64,000 nucleotides of DNA from Candidatus Omnitrophota bacterium (GCA_030650425.1 JAUSED010000003.1:199903-263902); one strand, 5' to 3'. Positions 11,885 to 25,129 are shown, counted from the stretch's first letter. Notes: generated from the sequence alone by a model not told the origin. Program-made: numbers and translations.

Positions 11885-12696
11885 TGCATGAAATCATGGT
11901 GAGAAATATCCGCATTGGTAACCATAACCCTTTAGTGTTGATTGCCGGGCCGTGCGTGATTGAATCACAGACACTCGTTTTGGATACCGCTAAAAGAATA
12001 AAAGATATTACGACTAAACTCGGAATTCCCTATATCTTTAAATCCAGCTTTGATAAAGCCAACCGCATGTCCGGGGATTCTTTTCGCGGCCCGGGGATCA
12101 AAAAAGGCTTGGAAGTCTTAAATAAAATTAAGCAACTAGTGAAGGTTCCTATATTAAGCGATGTGCATTGCGTAAAAGATATGGCCGAAGCGGCTAAGGT
12201 CTTGGATATTATTCAAATCCCGGCGTTTTTATGCCGTCAGACAGATATTATGCTGGCGGCAGCCCGTACCGGAAAGGTCGTGAATATCAAAAAAGGGCAG
12301 TTCTTGGCGCCTTGGGATATTCTGCCGATTATCAAGAAGGTGGAGTCTACCGGAAATAAAAAAATTCTTATTACCGAGCGGGGGGTAAGTTTTGGTTATA
12401 ATAATCTGGTTTCGGATTTCCGGGCCTTACAGATTATGCGTGGTTTCGGCTACCCGGTGATTTATGATGCTACCCATAGCATTCAGGTCCCCGGAGGAAA
12501 AGGAACTTCATCCGGCGGAGAGCGCGAATTCGTCGAGGGTTTATCCCGGGGGGCAGTTGCCTTTGGCTGCGACGGTTTATTTTTAGAGGTGCATCCGGAT
12601 CCGGATAAAGCTCCTTGCGACGGCCCAAATATGATTAATTTAAAAGACTTAGAGAAACTATTAAAACAGGTTAAGAAGATTGAGGCAGCCTTATGA
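11884..12696 (+). CDS. kdsA: KDO 8-phosphate synthase
   Basis: AGPCVIES, KSSFDKANR, QIPAFLCRQTD and DATHS motifs. Confidence 0.97.
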   Translation: MHEIMVRNIRIGNHNPLVLIAGPCVIESQTLVLDTAKRIKDITTKLGIPYIFKSSFDKANRMSGDSFRGPGIKKGLEVLNKIKQLVKVPILSDVHCVKDMAEAAKVLDIIQIPAFLCRQTDIMLAAARTGKVVNIKKGQFLAPWDILPIIKKVESTGNKKILITERGVSFGYNNLVSDFRALQIMRGFGYPVIYDATHSIQVPGGKGTSSGGEREFVEGLSRGAVAFGCDGLFLEVHPDPDKAPCDGPNMINLKDLEKLLKQVKKIEAAL

Positions 12697-13661
12697 AAAT
12701 AAACATCGTCAAAAGGGCCAAGGAAGTTTTGGATATCGAGGCGGCTGCGATCAAGAACTTAAAAGCGCGCATCGATCATGATTTTAGGGATGCCGTTAAT
12801 TTAATCCATAGAACCAAAGGCAGGGCGATCGTCAGCGGGATGGGCAAAACCGGAATCATCGCCCAGAAGCTTTCCGCTACCTTGGCTTCCACCGGGACCC
12901 CGAGTTTATTTTTACATACCGCTGAAGCAATTCACGGAGATTTAGGAAAAGTCACTTCCGATGATGTGGTAATTATCCTTTCGAATAGCGGCTCAACCGA
13001 AGAGATGAAGCAGCTCCTCCCTTTATTAAAAAAGATAGGTTGTAAAGTGATTGCCCTTACCGGTAACATTAAATCTATTCTGGCAAAATATAGCGATGTG
13101 GTTTTGGATGTTTCGGTAAAAAAAGAGGCTTGCCCTTTAGGCCTGGCTCCGACAGCTTCCACCACCGCGGCTCTGGCTATGTCAGATGCTTTGGCTGTTT
13201 GCTTGTTAGAGCTTAAAGGTTTTAAAGAAAAAGATTTTGCCTTTTTTCATCCCGGAGGGGCATTGGGGAAGCGCTTACTTTTGAAGGTGGAGGATATTAT
13301 GCGCCGTGGAGAGGCTAATCCGATTGTCAAAGAAGAAGAAAAGGTTTCTAAGGTACTGATTAAAATTACTCAGGCGCGCGCGGGTTCAGCCACGGTGGTG
13401 GACGCGAGAGGTAAGTTAAAAGGGATATTTACCGACGGCGACCTTAGGCGGCATCTTGAGACAGATAAAAATTTACCGACGCGTAAAATAAAAGAAGTAA
13501 TGACTAAAAATCCAACCGTTATTCATCAGGAAATGCTCGCGGCCGAAGCCATTCGTATATTGCGGGAAAAAAGGGTCGATGAACTTCCGGTGGTGGATAG
13601 AGATAAGCGTCCGGTGGGTTTATTGGATGTGCAGGATCTTTTGAAAGCAGGATTATTATAG
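12693..13661 (+). CDS. kdsD: Arabinose-5-phosphate isomerase (KpsF/GutQ; SIS plus CBS domains)
   Basis: GMGKTG, STGTP, EACPLGLAPTAST and HPGGALG motifs. Confidence 0.95.
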   Translation: MKINIVKRAKEVLDIEAAAIKNLKARIDHDFRDAVNLIHRTKGRAIVSGMGKTGIIAQKLSATLASTGTPSLFLHTAEAIHGDLGKVTSDDVVIILSNSGSTEEMKQLLPLLKKIGCKVIALTGNIKSILAKYSDVVLDVSVKKEACPLGLAPTASTTAALAMSDALAVCLLELKGFKEKDFAFFHPGGALGKRLLLKVEDIMRRGEANPIVKEEEKVSKVLIKITQARAGSATVVDARGKLKGIFTDGDLRRHLETDKNLPTRKIKEVMTKNPTVIHQEMLAAEAIRILREKRVDELPVVDRDKRPVGLLDVQDLLKAGLL

Positions 13662-13664
13662 AAA

Positions 13665-14207
13665 ATGCCCGCAGATACGTTTAAACAGGAATTGGATGAA
13701 CGCGCCAGAAAAATAAAGATTTTATTGCTGGATGTGGACGGCGTGCTCACTGACGGCAGGATTATTTATGACTCTAAGGGGAGGGATTCAAAATTTTTTG
13801 ACGTGCATGACGGGTTGGGGGTTTATATTCTCAATAAAGCCGGGATTAAAACCATTATTGTTACCGCTAAAAGCTCTAAGGCAATTAAGCCGCGGGCGCG
13901 CGATATGCGGGTCACCGAGGTATTCGCGGATGTTTCTCCTAAAAGCGGGGTATTGGATAAAATCTTGAAGAAATATCAGGTGACTAGAGAAGAGGTTTGT
14001 TTTGTGGGGGATGATCTGGTGGATTTAGGCTTGATGAAAATAGTAGGTTTTCCCGTCGCTGTATTTAACGCCTGCCCGGAAATCAAGCAGGCCGCCAGTT
14101 ACATCACTATTAGATATGGCGGCAGGGGCGCGGTGCGCGAGATCGCCGAGTTAATCCTTAAAGCGCAGGGTAAGTGGGGAGAGATGATCAGATTTTATGA
14201 GGCCTAA
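13665..14207 (+). CDS. kdsC: KDO 8-phosphate phosphatase
   Basis: LDVDGVLTDG, GDDLVD and GGRGAVRE motifs. Confidence 0.95.
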   Translation: MPADTFKQELDERARKIKILLLDVDGVLTDGRIIYDSKGRDSKFFDVHDGLGVYILNKAGIKTIIVTAKSSKAIKPRARDMRVTEVFADVSPKSGVLDKILKKYQVTREEVCFVGDDLVDLGLMKIVGFPVAVFNACPEIKQAASYITIRYGGRGAVREIAELILKAQGKWGEMIRFYEA

Positions 14208-15105
14208 AGAAGGTTTTTTAGTTTTTATATTGATTTCTTTATTTTTTATTCCCGCTTTTGGCGAAACCACTACCCCTGATCAACCCTCTGACCAGCAGAT
14301 CGGCGATTTTTCTTTGTCGGGTTACGGGGATAAAGGGAAGAAGAGTTGGAATATTGCCGGTAAAACCGCGGATATATTCACGGATGAGGTTAAATTAAAG
14401 GACGTGGACGGTAATCTCTACGGAAAAGATGAAGATGTGAATCTTACCGCCAAGACCGGAAATTTCAATAAAAAAGACGGGAAGGTTCATTTAGAAAAAG
14501 ATGTGGTGATTACCACCTCTAAGGGCGCGAAACTTACTACCGACTCCATGGATTGGGATAGGAATAAGCAATTAGTTACTACCGAAGATAAAGTAAACAT
14601 CGCCAAAGACAATATGAATATTACCGGTACGGGGGCCCACGGAGAACCAAACCTTAAAAAACTGGCGTTAAATAAAGACGTTACGGTCGACATCAACCCG
14701 ACGCAGAGTTCCGCGGCCAAATCCGATGAATTGGCAGTAAAAGATAAGGTTACGATTACCTGTGATAGTTCACTCGAAATTGATTACGAGAAAAATATCG
14801 CTACCTTTAATAAGAATGTTTTAGTGGATAGGGGTGATTCCCAGATCTATAGCGATATAATGCATCTTTATTTTAGCGCGGGCAAGGATACCAAGCAGGC
14901 GGATAAAACTCCCGGGCTGATGGGTAATAATAAAATCGATAAGATTGTAGCGCAGGGTAATGTCAAGATTGTCCGCGGTGAAAATACTTCATATAGCGAA
15001 GAAGCGGTTTATACCGCTAGCGACAAGAAAATAGTCTTAAGCGGAAGGCCAAAATTAGTTTTTTATTCTACCGAGGACCTGAAGAATGCATCTTTTGGAA
15101 ATTAA
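14197..15105 (+). CDS. LptC-LptA fusion (LPS export beta-jellyroll protein)
   Basis: N-terminal hydrophobic segment, an LptC-like half (LTTDSMDWD) and an OstA/LptA-like half (IATFNKNV, IVAQGNV, IVLSGRP); lies between kdsC and lptB. Confidence 0.75.
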   Translation: MRPKEGFLVFILISLFFIPAFGETTTPDQPSDQQIGDFSLSGYGDKGKKSWNIAGKTADIFTDEVKLKDVDGNLYGKDEDVNLTAKTGNFNKKDGKVHLEKDVVITTSKGAKLTTDSMDWDRNKQLVTTEDKVNIAKDNMNITGTGAHGEPNLKKLALNKDVTVDINPTQSSAAKSDELAVKDKVTITCDSSLEIDYEKNIATFNKNVLVDRGDSQIYSDIMHLYFSAGKDTKQADKTPGLMGNNKIDKIVAQGNVKIVRGENTSYSEEAVYTASDKKIVLSGRPKLVFYSTEDLKNASFGN

Positions 15106-15808
15106 AGGTTTAAGCAAGACTTACGGCGGGAGAGAAGTAGTTAAGGGTGTTGACCTCACGGTGAAACGCTCAGAGATCGTCGGTTTACTTGGGCCTAATG
15201 GCGCGGGAAAAACCACCACTTTCTATATGGTGGTCGGGATTGTCCCGCCTAACCGCGGAAAAATCGTCTTTGATAATTATGATATAACTAATTTATCGAT
15301 TCACGAGCGGGCGCATTTTGGCATCGGGTATTTATCTCAGGAGGCTTCTATATTTCGTAAGCTTACGGTTGAAGAAAATATCATGGCAATTTTGGAAACT
15401 CTTTCCATAGGTAAGGCCGAAAGAAGGCGTCGGCTGGAGAGCCTGCTTAATGAATTAAATATAGCGCATTTAGCTAAATCCAAGGCTTTTACTTTATCCG
15501 GCGGAGAGCGCAGGCGCTTGGAGATTACCCGGGCCCTGGTTACTAATCCTTCTTTTATACTTTTGGATGAGCCGTTTTCCGGGATTGACCCGATTGTGGT
15601 TAACGAGGCGCAGGAGATTATCAAAGAATTAAGGGATAAGGGCTTAGGGATTTTACTTACCGACCACAACGTAAGAGAGACGCTTTCCATAACCGATCGA
15701 GCTTATTTAATTGCCGACGGCAAGATTCTTATTTCAGGAACAGCTGATGAACTTATTAATAACGCGCAGGCCCGTTCGATTTATCTGGGCGAAAAATTCA
15801 GGATGTGA
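15086..15808 (+). CDS. lptB: LPS export ABC transporter ATPase
   Basis: GPNGAGKTTTFYM, LSGGERRRLEI and TDHNVRETL motifs. Confidence 0.97.
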   Translation: MHLLEIKGLSKTYGGREVVKGVDLTVKRSEIVGLLGPNGAGKTTTFYMVVGIVPPNRGKIVFDNYDITNLSIHERAHFGIGYLSQEASIFRKLTVEENIMAILETLSIGKAERRRRLESLLNELNIAHLAKSKAFTLSGGERRRLEITRALVTNPSFILLDEPFSGIDPIVVNEAQEIIKELRDKGLGILLTDHNVRETLSITDRAYLIADGKILISGTADELINNAQARSIYLGEKFRM

Positions 15809-15819
15809 GAAAGGGAGAA

Positions 15820-16701
15820 ATGAAAACAGAAGTAAAGAAACTCGATAGTAATATAAAGGAACTTAATGTTGAAGTAACCGGAGATGTGGTAAAAAATAAA
15901 TTCGAAGATGTCTTTAAACGTATAGGAATGGAAGCTAAGGTTCCGGGTTTTCGGCCGGGGCATGCCCCGCGGGATATCCTGGAGAAAAATTATTCTGCTA
16001 ACGCGCATGAACAGGTATTAAAGGAATTGGTCCCGGATATTTACAATGAGGCAATCAATAAAGAAGGGCTGGATGTGATTGAATTGCCCGAGATATCCGA
16101 GGTAAAGCTGGATCGGGAGTCCCTTTCTTTTAAGGCTAAGGTGGAAGTCAGCCCGGAGATTGACGTTGGGGATTATAAGGGGATTAAAATTGATTACAAG
16201 GGCATAAACGTTGTTCCGGATGAGGTCAAGCGGGCTATCGATTCCCTGAAAGAATCGCGCAAGATCGATAATCTCGACGATAACCTCGCCAAGTCTTTAG
16301 GCTACCCGAATTTGAATGAGCTGGAGAAGGTTTTAGATAAACAAATCTTTATCCAGAAAGAAAATGCCGAGCGCCAGAAGGTAGAAGGCGAAATTGTCGA
16401 GCATCTGCTTAAAAGCGTGGATTTTAAATCGCCGCAGGGTTTGGTTAAGCGGCAATTGGAAGATATGCTGCGACAGGCTAAGGTGGATTTAGCTTTGAAG
16501 GGAATAGCGCGCGATAAAATCGAAGAGCAGGATAAAAAAATGCGCGAGGAGCTGGAGCCGGAAGCGGCTAAGCAGGTAAAGATTTATCTGATTTTAGCGG
16601 CGATAGCCAAAAAAGAAAATATAGCGCAAGACGATCACTTGCCGCGCAGGGTGATGGAGTTTTTGTTGAGAGAGGCTGATTGGAAGGTTGAAACAACATA
16701 A
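15820..16701 (+). CDS. tig: Trigger factor, short form apparently lacking the FKBP domain
   Basis: [10 protein letters not shown] ribosome-binding loop; precedes clpP; about 293 aa. ATG 15820 follows a GGGAG SD. Confidence 0.88.
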   Translation: MKTEVKKLDSNIKELNVEVTGDVVKNKFEDVFKRIGMEAKVPGFRPGHAPRDILEKNYSANAHEQVLKELVPDIYNEAINKEGLDVIELPEISEVKLDRESLSFKAKVEVSPEIDVGDYKGIKIDYKGINVVPDEVKRAIDSLKESRKIDNLDDNLAKSLGYPNLNELEKVLDKQIFIQKENAERQKVEGEIVEHLLKSVDFKSPQGLVKRQLEDMLRQAKVDLALKGIARDKIEEQDKKMREELEPEAAKQVKIYLILAAIAKKENIAQDDHLPRRVMEFLLREADWKVETT

Positions 16702-16715
16702 TCAAGGAGGTTAGA

Positions 16716-17327
16716 ATGGAAATTAAGAATCAGACTTTGGTTCCTATGGTCATCGAGCAGACCTCAAGAGGTTATGAGCGGGCCTATGATATTTATTCAC
16801 GCCTGCTTAAGGACCGCATAGTTTTTATCGGCACTCCCATAGACGATTATATCGCTAATCTGATTATCGCTCAGATATTATTTCTGCAGATGGAAGACGT
16901 CGGTAAAGACATTAACGTTTATATTAATTCTCCGGGAGGTTCGGTTACCGCGGGACTGGCGATTTACGACACGATGCAGTTTGTAAAGTGCGATATTTCT
17001 ACTTATTGCGTGGGACAGGCCTCCAGTATGGGCGCCCTGCTTTTATGCGCGGGGACAAAAGGAAAACGCCACTCGCTTCCGAACTCAAGGATTATGATCC
17101 ATCAGCCTTGGGGCGGAGTGCAGGGGCCGGCGGAGGATATCTCCCGCCACGCGCAGGAAATTTTAAAAATGCGCGACAGGCTCAATGAAATAATCGCGCA
17201 GCATACGGGCCAATCGCTGGAAAAAGTAAAAAAAGATACGGACAGGGATTATTTTATGTCAAGCGAAGAAGCTAAAGTTTATGGATTAGTTGATGAAGTA
17301 ATTATGCCGCAGGCAAAAAAGAAATAG
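16716..17327 (+). CDS. clpP: ATP-dependent Clp protease proteolytic subunit
   Basis: [23 protein letters not shown] and MIHQP motifs. Confidence 0.98.
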   Translation: MEIKNQTLVPMVIEQTSRGYERAYDIYSRLLKDRIVFIGTPIDDYIANLIIAQILFLQMEDVGKDINVYINSPGGSVTAGLAIYDTMQFVKCDISTYCVGQASSMGALLLCAGTKGKRHSLPNSRIMIHQPWGGVQGPAEDISRHAQEILKMRDRLNEIIAQHTGQSLEKVKKDTDRDYFMSSEEAKVYGLVDEVIMPQAKKK

Positions 17328-17339
17328 GAGGTTGTATCT

Positions 17340-18476
17340 ATGAGAAAAAATTATCTTTTGACTCCCGGGCCGACACCTTTACCGCCGCAGGTAATGGAGG
17401 CGATGAGCCGGCCGATTATCCATCATCGTACACCGCAATTTCAGGCGATCTTAAAAGAAGCGACTGAAGGGTTAAAATATGCGTTTCAGACTAAGAATGA
17501 CGTCTTTATTTTAAGTTCTTCAGGGACAGGAGCAATGGAAGCGGCGGTAATCAATTTATTATCCTGCCAAGATACAGCCTTGGTTATCCAAGGCGGTAAA
17601 TTCGGGGAGAGATGGACAGAACTATGTAAGGCTTATGGAGTAAATGTTGAAGTGATTGATGTGGAATGGGGTAAGGCGGTTAATCCCGTTGATATAGAGA
17701 AAAAATTAAAAGCCAATCCTAAGATAAAAGCGGTATTTACCACGCATTGCGAAACTTCTACCGGCGTAGTCAATGATATCGCCGCTATTGGAGCGGTGAT
17801 TAAGAATAGCGATGCCCTGTTGGCGGTAGACGCGATCAGCAGCTTGGGCGCGATTGATTTAAAGACCGACGAGTGGGCTTGTGACGTTGTGGTCAGCGGG
17901 TCGCAAAAAGGCCTGATGCTCCCTCCGGGCTTGGGATTTATTTCCGTTAGCCCCAAGGCAGTTAAATTGATCGAAAACTCCAAGAGCCCGCGCTACTATT
18001 TTGATTTAAGGAAAGCCAAAAAAGCGCTGGATAAGATGGATACCCCATTTACTTCCTCGATCACCTTAATTACCGCGCTTAGGGAGGCCTTAAAGATGAT
18101 GCGCGAGGATGGTCTGGAGAATATTTTTATCCGGCATAAGAAAATGGCGGATGCCACTAGGGCCGCAATAAAGGCATTGGGTTTGGAGTTGTTTGCTCCA
18201 ACTGCTTCTTCTGATGTGGTTACAGCAGCAAAGATCCCCGCGGGCGTTGACGGCGAAAAATTAGTTAAAACTATGCGTGATACCTACGACGTTACCATTG
18301 CCGGCGGACAGGAAGAATTAAAAGGTAAAATATTTCGCATCGCGCATATGGGTTTTATCGAAGAGTTTGATATTATCACCGGTATTTCCTGTTTGGAAAA
18401 AGTCTTGACGCAGATGGGTTATAAATTCCCGTTGGGCGCCGGCGTAAAAGCGGCGGAAGAGATATTTTTGAAATAA
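17340..18476 (+). CDS. Class V PLP aminotransferase (AGT/serine-pyruvate family), probably acting as phosphoserine aminotransferase
   Basis: TPGPT, SGTGAMEAA, HCETSTG and GSQKG motifs; adjacent to serA. Confidence 0.85.
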   Translation: MRKNYLLTPGPTPLPPQVMEAMSRPIIHHRTPQFQAILKEATEGLKYAFQTKNDVFILSSSGTGAMEAAVINLLSCQDTALVIQGGKFGERWTELCKAYGVNVEVIDVEWGKAVNPVDIEKKLKANPKIKAVFTTHCETSTGVVNDIAAIGAVIKNSDALLAVDAISSLGAIDLKTDEWACDVVVSGSQKGLMLPPGLGFISVSPKAVKLIENSKSPRYYFDLRKAKKALDKMDTPFTSSITLITALREALKMMREDGLENIFIRHKKMADATRAAIKALGLELFAPTASSDVVTAAKIPAGVDGEKLVKTMRDTYDVTIAGGQEELKGKIFRIAHMGFIEEFDIITGISCLEKVLTQMGYKFPLGAGVKAAEEIFLK

Positions 18477-18490
18477 AATAGGAGTTAAAG

Positions 18491-20077
18491 ATGATTAAAA
18501 TCTTAGTAAGCGATCCTTTATCCGAAGAGGGATTAAAAATCCTTAAAAACGTAAAAGAATTTCAGGTGGATGTAAAAACAGAATTAAAACCCGATGAGCT
18601 AAAAAAGATTATCCGGGACTATGACGCTCTTTTGGTAAGAAGCGCTACCAAGGTTACCAAGGATATTATTGGTGCCGCCGATAAACTTAAAGTGATCGGC
18701 CGCGCGGGAGTAGGTCTCGATAATGTGGATCTTGACGCTGCCACGCAAAAAGGCGTTATTGTAATGAATACGCCGGCAGGCAATACTATCTCTACAGCTG
18801 AACACGCGATGAGCATGATCCTTTCACTCTCTAGGAATATACCGCAGGCCAGCGCTTCGACTAAGAAAGGCGAATGGAAACGTTCAAAGTTTATGGGCGT
18901 TGAGCTTTATGGCAAGGTCTTAGGGATAGTCGGTTTTGGGAGGATTGGTAAAGAAGTAGCCAAACGGGCTTTATCTTTTGGAATGCAGGTCTTAGCCTAT
19001 GATCCGTTTTTATCGCGCGAGATCGCCGAAGCTTTAGGTATCAAGGTAGTTGAGCTCAATGAGTTATTTCAGCACTCTGATTATATCACGGTGCACACCC
19101 CCTTAACCGATGAGACAAAACATATGATTTCAACCGCGCAGTTTAGCGTGATGAAGAAAGGGGTGCGTGTTATTAATTGCGCAAGAGGCGGGATTATCGA
19201 TGAAGAGGCCCTTGCCGTAGCGATCAAGGAAGGCAAGGTTGCCGGCGCCGCTCTCGATGTCTTTGAAAAAGAACCTGTTCTTCCTGAAAGCGAACTTCTA
19301 AAATTGGATAATGTGATTGTTACTCCGCATTTAGGCGCTTCCACAGAAGAGGCGCAGGTGAATGTGGCAATCGAAGTGGCGGAGATTGTGCGGGACGCGC
19401 TTTTGGGGAAAGGAATACGTAATGCCGCTAATTATCCGTGTTTAGAAGCGGAAGTTTGCAAAATGCTTAATCCTTATATAACTTTGGCCGAGAAATTAGG
19501 CGCTTTTTCCTCTCAGCTTATCGAAGGAAGGTTTCAGGAGTTAGATATAAGCTATAGCGGAGAGATTGCCACTTATGATTTAAGCCCGCTGACCATGGCG
19601 CTTTGTAAAGGGTTGCTTTCTCCTATATTAAAGGAGACGGTGAATTTTGTTAATGCTGTTTCGCTCGCTAAAGAAAGAGGAATAAAAATTAAGGAGGCAA
19701 AGTCTCCCAAGGAAGAAGAGTTTGTCAATCTGATCAAGCTGTCGCTAAAAACTGATAAAGAAACAAGGGTAATTTGGGGGACACTTTCCGGGAATAAACA
19801 GGCAAGGATCGTTAAGATAGATGAATATTATGTGGAATTGTATCCTATCGGAGAAATGATTTATATTGAAAACTGGGATAGGCCCGGCTTAATCGGAAGT
19901 TTAGGCACGGTTTTAGGTAAACACAGTATAAATATCGCGGCGATGACTTTTGGCCGGGATAAGCCCGGCGGAAAGGCAATCAGTGTTTTAAGCGTAGACA
20001 GCCCTGTTTCGGCGGAATTGGCAGCTAAGATCAAACAATTGGAGAATATATTGACCATAAAGGGCATTAGAATATGA
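18491..20077 (+). CDS. serA: D-3-phosphoglycerate dehydrogenase
   Basis: RAGVGLDNVD, GFGRIG and TPHLGAST motifs plus a C-terminal ACT domain. Confidence 0.97.
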   Translation: MIKILVSDPLSEEGLKILKNVKEFQVDVKTELKPDELKKIIRDYDALLVRSATKVTKDIIGAADKLKVIGRAGVGLDNVDLDAATQKGVIVMNTPAGNTISTAEHAMSMILSLSRNIPQASASTKKGEWKRSKFMGVELYGKVLGIVGFGRIGKEVAKRALSFGMQVLAYDPFLSREIAEALGIKVVELNELFQHSDYITVHTPLTDETKHMISTAQFSVMKKGVRVINCARGGIIDEEALAVAIKEGKVAGAALDVFEKEPVLPESELLKLDNVIVTPHLGASTEEAQVNVAIEVAEIVRDALLGKGIRNAANYPCLEAEVCKMLNPYITLAEKLGAFSSQLIEGRFQELDISYSGEIATYDLSPLTMALCKGLLSPILKETVNFVNAVSLAKERGIKIKEAKSPKEEEFVNLIKLSLKTDKETRVIWGTLSGNKQARIVKIDEYYVELYPIGEMIYIENWDRPGLIGSLGTVLGKHSINIAAMTFGRDKPGGKAISVLSVDSPVSAELAAKIKQLENILTIKGIRI

Positions 20078-21825
20078 AAAAGCTATTTATATTGATTCTA
20101 TCGGCGATCGTTTATGGTTTATTTTCTATGGTTATAACTCAGGCTTATGCTAAAGATAAAGACTTGGTTTTGCTTTATACCGGAGAGACGCATTCTATGC
20201 TCTATCATTGCAATTGCCCTCTTGAGCCGGATGGCGGGGTGGCCCGCAGAGCGAGTCTCATCAAGCAATTGAAAAAGCAATACCCTGATTCTCTGGTTTT
20301 GGATTCCGGAAATTTCTTTAGCGGCGGGCTCTTGGATCAAAATACGCAAGATCCGCAATTGGATATGCAAAGGGCGGCCATAAATTTAGCCGCGCTTCAG
20401 CTGATGAAATATGACGCCTTATGCTTAAGTGATGATGAATTTAATTTCGGCACGGATTTTCTGAAAAAAAATATGGCTAAAGTAAAATTGGATTTTATTT
20501 CATCCAATTTAAGTTCGGATCTGGCCAAGCCGTATATCATTAAGAAAGTAGCGGGGATTAAAATAGGTATTATCGGGCTGACGAACTTAGCCGCCAAGCA
20601 GAAGGCGCAAGACTTAAAGTTTATCGAACCTAAACAGGCTGTAGAGAAATATGTTCAGGAATTAAAGAAGAAAGGTATAGGCCTGATTATTCTCTTAAGT
20701 AATCTAGGTGAAAGTGAGGACACAAAAATTATCAAGAGCGTAGCAGGAATATCCGTAGTTATCGACGGCCACGGCCGTGGTAATACTGTTAATGAATCAT
20801 CTGCTAAGGTAGGGAGCACAGTTGTTTTACGTCCGAACTGGCAGGGGCGCAGGCTCGGTAAAGCCGTACTTAGTATCAAGGGTGATAAAATAGAGAAAGT
20901 CAGTGTTGAAGAATTAAGGCTCTCTGATAAAATCAGCGACGATCCGGGTATTCTTTCTATATTGCCGCGTTGTTTTTCGGATAATGACTGTAAAAAAGAA
21001 GGGTTGGTAGGAAACTGTCGGAATGCCGGTAATATTAACGCCAGTTGTCTATTTAGCGAGGCAGCTAAGATTAATCTCACGGTAATCAGCTCTAAGGAAT
21101 GCTCGATTTGTAATCCGGAGCCGTTGGTTAATTCGCTTAAGAAACAGTTTCCCGGTTTGGTTGTTACCTACCTTGATTATTCCGATAAGCAGGCGGCTAA
21201 AGTAGTTCGCGACCTTAAACTATCAGGGTTACCGGCATATCTTTTTAGCAAGGAGTTGGCAAAAGATAAGAATTTTGATAACCTAAAGGCCGGTTTAGAA
21301 GAGAAAGATAATTTCTACATCCTAAAGCCCGAGGCCAGCGGTTTAAGTTATTTTCCCGGCCGCCAAAAGGCCAAGGGGAGAGTAGATTTATTTATCAGCC
21401 TTTTTGATCAAGAGAGCCTCGGCGTGCTAAATGTAATGAAAGAGTTTAATCCGATAGTCCACTTTCTGGCTGTGGTGCAGGACGATAAGATCGGCTCATC
21501 CGCAGGCGTTCGGGAGTCTGAAGAGGATCTGCGCGCCCTCTGCGTGCAAAAATATTATCCTCAAGCTTTCTGGAATTATATCACCTGCAGGGCAAAAAAC
21601 ATCAACAGTACTTGGTGGGATGATTGCGCGGCCAATATGGACGCAAATAAGATAAAAACCTGCAGCCGGGGGCCTGAAGGGAAATCGTTACTAAAAGAAA
21701 ATACGGGTTTAAACAGCGAACTCAAAATTATGTTTGGCCCGACGTATTTATTGGATAATAACCAGATTTTTTCTTCCAAAGGAGCGCCTTCTAAAGAGGA
21801 ATTGAAGAAGATAATTAAGAAATAA
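20074..21825 (+). CDS. Exported protein: UshA/5'-nucleotidase-like metallophosphoesterase-fold domain, Cys-rich linker and thioredoxin-like domains
   Basis: Signal peptide; LYTGETH..LYHCNCP..GGVARR, LDSGN and IDGH motifs; CSIC and GLPAYLF, then LCV..FWNYITCR and GPTYLLD. Confidence 0.6.
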   Translation: MKKLFILILSAIVYGLFSMVITQAYAKDKDLVLLYTGETHSMLYHCNCPLEPDGGVARRASLIKQLKKQYPDSLVLDSGNFFSGGLLDQNTQDPQLDMQRAAINLAALQLMKYDALCLSDDEFNFGTDFLKKNMAKVKLDFISSNLSSDLAKPYIIKKVAGIKIGIIGLTNLAAKQKAQDLKFIEPKQAVEKYVQELKKKGIGLIILLSNLGESEDTKIIKSVAGISVVIDGHGRGNTVNESSAKVGSTVVLRPNWQGRRLGKAVLSIKGDKIEKVSVEELRLSDKISDDPGILSILPRCFSDNDCKKEGLVGNCRNAGNINASCLFSEAAKINLTVISSKECSICNPEPLVNSLKKQFPGLVVTYLDYSDKQAAKVVRDLKLSGLPAYLFSKELAKDKNFDNLKAGLEEKDNFYILKPEASGLSYFPGRQKAKGRVDLFISLFDQESLGVLNVMKEFNPIVHFLAVVQDDKIGSSAGVRESEEDLRALCVQKYYPQAFWNYITCRAKNINSTWWDDCAANMDANKIKTCSRGPEGKSLLKENTGLNSELKIMFGPTYLLDNNQIFSSKGAPSKEELKKIIKK

Positions 21826-21848
21826 AGCTAGTTTATCACAAGGAGTTA

Positions 21849-24384
<2,536 letters not shown>

Positions 24385-24408
24385 TAATTTTAATAATTAA
24401 TATAGAGA

Positions 24409-24439
24409 GATCCTTCGCACCATTCGGGTGCTCAGGATC
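24409..24439. repeat. Small REP-like imperfect hairpin
   Basis: GATCCTtcGCACC attc GGGTGC tc AGGATC in the 5' UTR. Confidence 0.5.
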
Positions 24440-24472
24440 AAATTTTGTTTCACAAAATTTGAGAGGTGAATT

Positions 24473-25129
24473 ATGAAAAATGCGATAAAGATTGGTTTAA
24501 TTGTCCTTATAGGTTTTTCATTAGCAGGTTGTACTTTTATCTTTCAGAGCGGCCGGCGTTCCGATAAACAGAAAATCGATGAGCTTTCACAACAATTAGA
24601 CGATCTCGCCCAAGCCAAAAAGCTGCTTGAAGACCGGCTGGGAAAAGAGATTAGCGATAACGAAGTAAAATTACAGATGATGGAAAAAGGCTTGGTCATT
24701 ACCGTCGTCGGAGACCTTCTTTTTGATTCCGGAAAAGCCAAAATCAAGCCCGGGGCGTATCCGCTTTTAGATAAGGTCGCCGCTGTCCTCAAAGATAACA
24801 TGGCTAGTTTTAATGTCGGCATAGAAGGCTATACCGATAACGTTCCGATTCAACATTCGAAGTGGAAATCCAATTGGGAGTTGTCCAGCGCGCGTTCTTT
24901 AAGCGTTCTACATTATCTGGTTAATAAAGAAGGCGTTTCTCCCGAGCGTCTTTCAGCTATTGGTTTTGGCGAGTTTCGCCCGGTTGCCTCTAATGATACA
25001 AAAGAAGGGCGTAAGCAAAATCGCAGAGTCGAAATTGTTATACAGCCCAAAGTAAGCAAGGTTAAAGATGGCGCGGCCGTAAAAAAAGAAGAAACAGAGC
25101 TTAATGAACCAAAAGAAAATCTTAAATAG
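24473..25129 (+). CDS. OmpA/MotB C-terminal-like peptidoglycan-binding lipoprotein
   Basis: Lipobox LAGC, then LLFDSGKA, EGYTD, NWELSSAR and NRRVEI. Confidence 0.88.
   Translation: MKNAIKIGLIVLIGFSLAGCTFIFQSGRRSDKQKIDELSQQLDDLAQAKKLLEDRLGKEISDNEVKLQMMEKGLVITVVGDLLFDSGKAKIKPGAYPLLDKVAAVLKDNMASFNVGIEGYTDNVPIQHSKWKSNWELSSARSLSVLHYLVNKEGVSPERLSAIGFGEFRPVASNDTKEGRKQNRRVEIVIQPKVSKVKDGAAVKKEETELNEPKENLK

Noticed and set aside
24473-25129. Flagellar motB
   Set aside because: It has a lipobox rather than the MotB TM with the conserved Asp, and there is no motA.
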